Shown here: piece after piece, positions 62,001 to 64,000 of the stretch | How the letters are laid out: each line of letters opens with the position of its first letter | Position numbering within the stretch: the first letter of the stretch is position 1 | Source of the DNA: Octopus vulgaris | Taxonomy: Eukaryota | Assembly (NCBI GenBank): GCA_951406725.2 | Contig: OX597817.1 | Location: 88,474,001 to 88,538,000, forward strand | DNA: 64,000 nt | Direction of reading: 5' to 3' | Translations under genes and position numbers: made by a program | Notes under the pieces: model-generated | What the model saw: the letters and a program-made list of their open reading frames with translations, nothing else | Told to the model about the DNA's origin: nothing | Database searches by the model: none

Positions 62001-62880
62001 TATCTTGTATTTCCCAACTTGTTCAGTTTCCAGGCTTCTATTCTACTCAGATCTTATCTTAAAGTCTTCACTTTATTTTGTAGTGTTCTTTTCCACATTT
62101 GCTCTTTTTTAATCTTTCCCTGCAAGATATCTAACCTTCTAGTGACTACTGCCCCTCCTACATAAATCAATAAGTTAGTGTCTCCTATATTTTTAGTATC
62201 TATCCTACTGACAACAGAATCTACTTTCCTAGTCATTTCTGTCAGCCTCCTTCTGTTGGTGCCTTTTAATGCTGACAATCTTTTTCATACTCCTTAACTC
62301 ATTACTTCCTGCAACTCATCCGATATCTTCTCATCTTCCTCACTTAAATCACTTAAGTCACTGGTGCTAGTTGTCCCTTCCTTATTGATAGTACAATTAT
62401 TATTTTTTCCCTTAGGTTCTTGTTTGGTTTGAGCTATATCACTTATGTTGTTGTTTGTCTTTCCTACTTCCTGGTCTTTCTTTTCCAGTTCTTATGTGAT
62501 ATCTTCTACCTCCAATCCTATCATCCACTTTCTTCTCTTAATAGCATTAGCGTGATCTAATAATCTCTGCTGTATCACTTTAAACATACCCTTCTCTACT
62601 CAAAGTGTTAACATCCATTTTCTATAGCCCCTTCTTTTAGGTTCACTTTCTAAGTAGCATTGTATCACTATCCTGTCTTTTTTTTCTGGTCCATTTCCTC
62701 CTCCTTGCTCTATTATCTGCTGATGCTGTATTATGATAACAGCTGTAGTCAGTCTACATCTTTACTGAACCACTGCTGAGCGAGAGGCCTTTCCTGAAAG
62801 GTCTAGCTTCATTTTCACTGTTACAACCGAGTTTATTCGGAAACTCTTGTCTCTCATAAACTGAGGTAAGGTAACGTTTG
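56095..62880 (-). mobile_element. Dong/R4-clade (RLE) non-LTR retrotransposon remnant, split by the RTE insertion
   Basis: DQYQQKRLFETD across the RTE junction; KGPGPDLVQGYWLK; FSKDIGMEFGIDNC; AAQDQTLRTN..CRLC; RRPDLVVVDK; 3' end at (TAA)n. Confidence 0.85.
58027..61856 (+). mobile_element. Near full-length RTE-clade LINE (APE + RT + C-terminal Zn finger), with frameshifts and stops
   Basis: 9-bp TSD aatcttttc (58018-58026, 61857-61865); LAS*NVRTM, GLQETR, GVGFAV, LGDFNARVG, TDHSL; FIDLTKAFDSV, VKQGCVLAP, FADDAAL, LYGSETW; CGTC..C..RIGLHSH..C. Confidence 0.95.
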
Positions 62881-63169
62881 TCACCAACATCATCACCACT
62901 ATTATTTTTCAACACCTGATAGTTTCAGGCAATTTTCTATTGTATCATTTGTTGCACCTTTGTGCTGGTGGGGTAGTGTGTGCTGCATATTTTTGCAAGG
63001 GTGGGGTGATATTGTATTGTATCAGTATGTTTTGCTATGGAGTTTGGTTTGAGTCTTCTATTGTATTAGTTTTTGTACTGTGTGTTTATTATTATTATTC
63101 TTATTATGAAAGCCTCTTATGATAGTTCTTAATTACAGGTTATTCTTTACCTGAAAGCAGGCAACAACA

Positions 63170-64000
63170 AATCACCAAAGGTTTCAATTAGTGCCTTCTC
63201 CTGTGACTCAAAGAGACAATACTGTCCTTAGAATGTGAGCTGTACCCAACAGTGCTGTCTTCTGGATCACTTCGAGCCTTACAGTAGCTCCAATATTCTT
63301 AATATGTTTTTCAAAGCCCTTGGAAACTTTTCCTAATGCTCTAATTACCATCGGTATCACCATTACTTTCCTATCTTGTCCCACAGTAGCTGATATTTCT
63401 CAATCTTTTCTGTTTCCTTATCTCTCACCCTCGAATCATCTGGTACTGCAACACCTACTATCTTTACTGCTTTCTCATCTTTATGGATGAGCACAATATC
63501 TGGTCGCCTCTATGACTAGGTCACACTGCATGTTAAAATCCCAGAGTATTTTGTAATGTTCATTTTCCATTACTCCTTCTGGCTTGTATTTATACCATTG
63601 TTTGGCTCTCTTGGGATTTGCTTTACCTCACAACAGTGAGTGGACATATCTGGCCACATTGTTGTGTCTCCTTTTATATTCGTGTTGTCTGAGCTTACAG
63701 CACTCACTAACATTATGGTTCATACTTTCTCCCTTCTCAGAGCACATCCTACACTGTGGTGAGCCAGTGCTTTTATCAATGTGATATTTGGAGTAGTTTG
63801 TTCTGAGAGCTTGTTCTTGAGCACTGCACACTAATGCCTCAATGGGCCCTTTTAAGTCTCCTTTCTGCAGCCATTGCCAGGTCCTATTCCAATCAATCTC
63901 ATCTTTATTCTTCAAGAACTGACTGCGCATTTTCTTGTCCTGCCAAATTTTCTTCATCTGCTCTCTCTGGTCTTTCTTAAATTGTATTGGATCTATGGCT
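63170..64000 (-). mobile_element. Second Dong/R4-clade element, 3' part (CCHC knuckle + RLE), running off the window
   Basis: ORF 63628-63957 AQEQALRTN..CRMC..H..SEC..RHNNVA; RRPDIVLI; LWDF-like ILWDFNMQCD. Confidence 0.85.

Overview
AT-rich, repeat-dense animal genomic DNA. The repeat families look like those of a coleoid cephalopod, most likely Octopus (an inference from recognition, not a database result). The window lies inside one long + strand gene: 14 internal GT-AG exons (3975-51703) join in consistent phase into a protein I recognise as the ciliary central-pair protein CFAP54. The introns hold an old L1/Tx1 remnant, several RTE-type LINE copies (with a PHD finger inside the RT), a near full-length RTE nested in a Dong/R4 element, a Gypsy remnant with a polyQ gag, mariner and piggyBac MITEs, Helitron pieces and several tRNA-SINE families. 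The most striking object is a very young ~9.8 kb Penelope-like element (Naiad-type RT + GIY-YIG) at 27704-37514, inserted in (TA)n. It has 1.3 kb direct pseudo-LTRs, a 2.9 kb inverted arm and three copies of a minimal hammerhead ribozyme with an unusually long (85 nt) structured stem II. Its ORF is broken only by two single-base losses, both at ACCCCCT. Around it is a cluster of small TA-anchored elements with partial-tandem ends and further hammerhead-like motifs. All calls are by eye; repeat boundaries are approximate unless a target-site duplication (TSD) is given.
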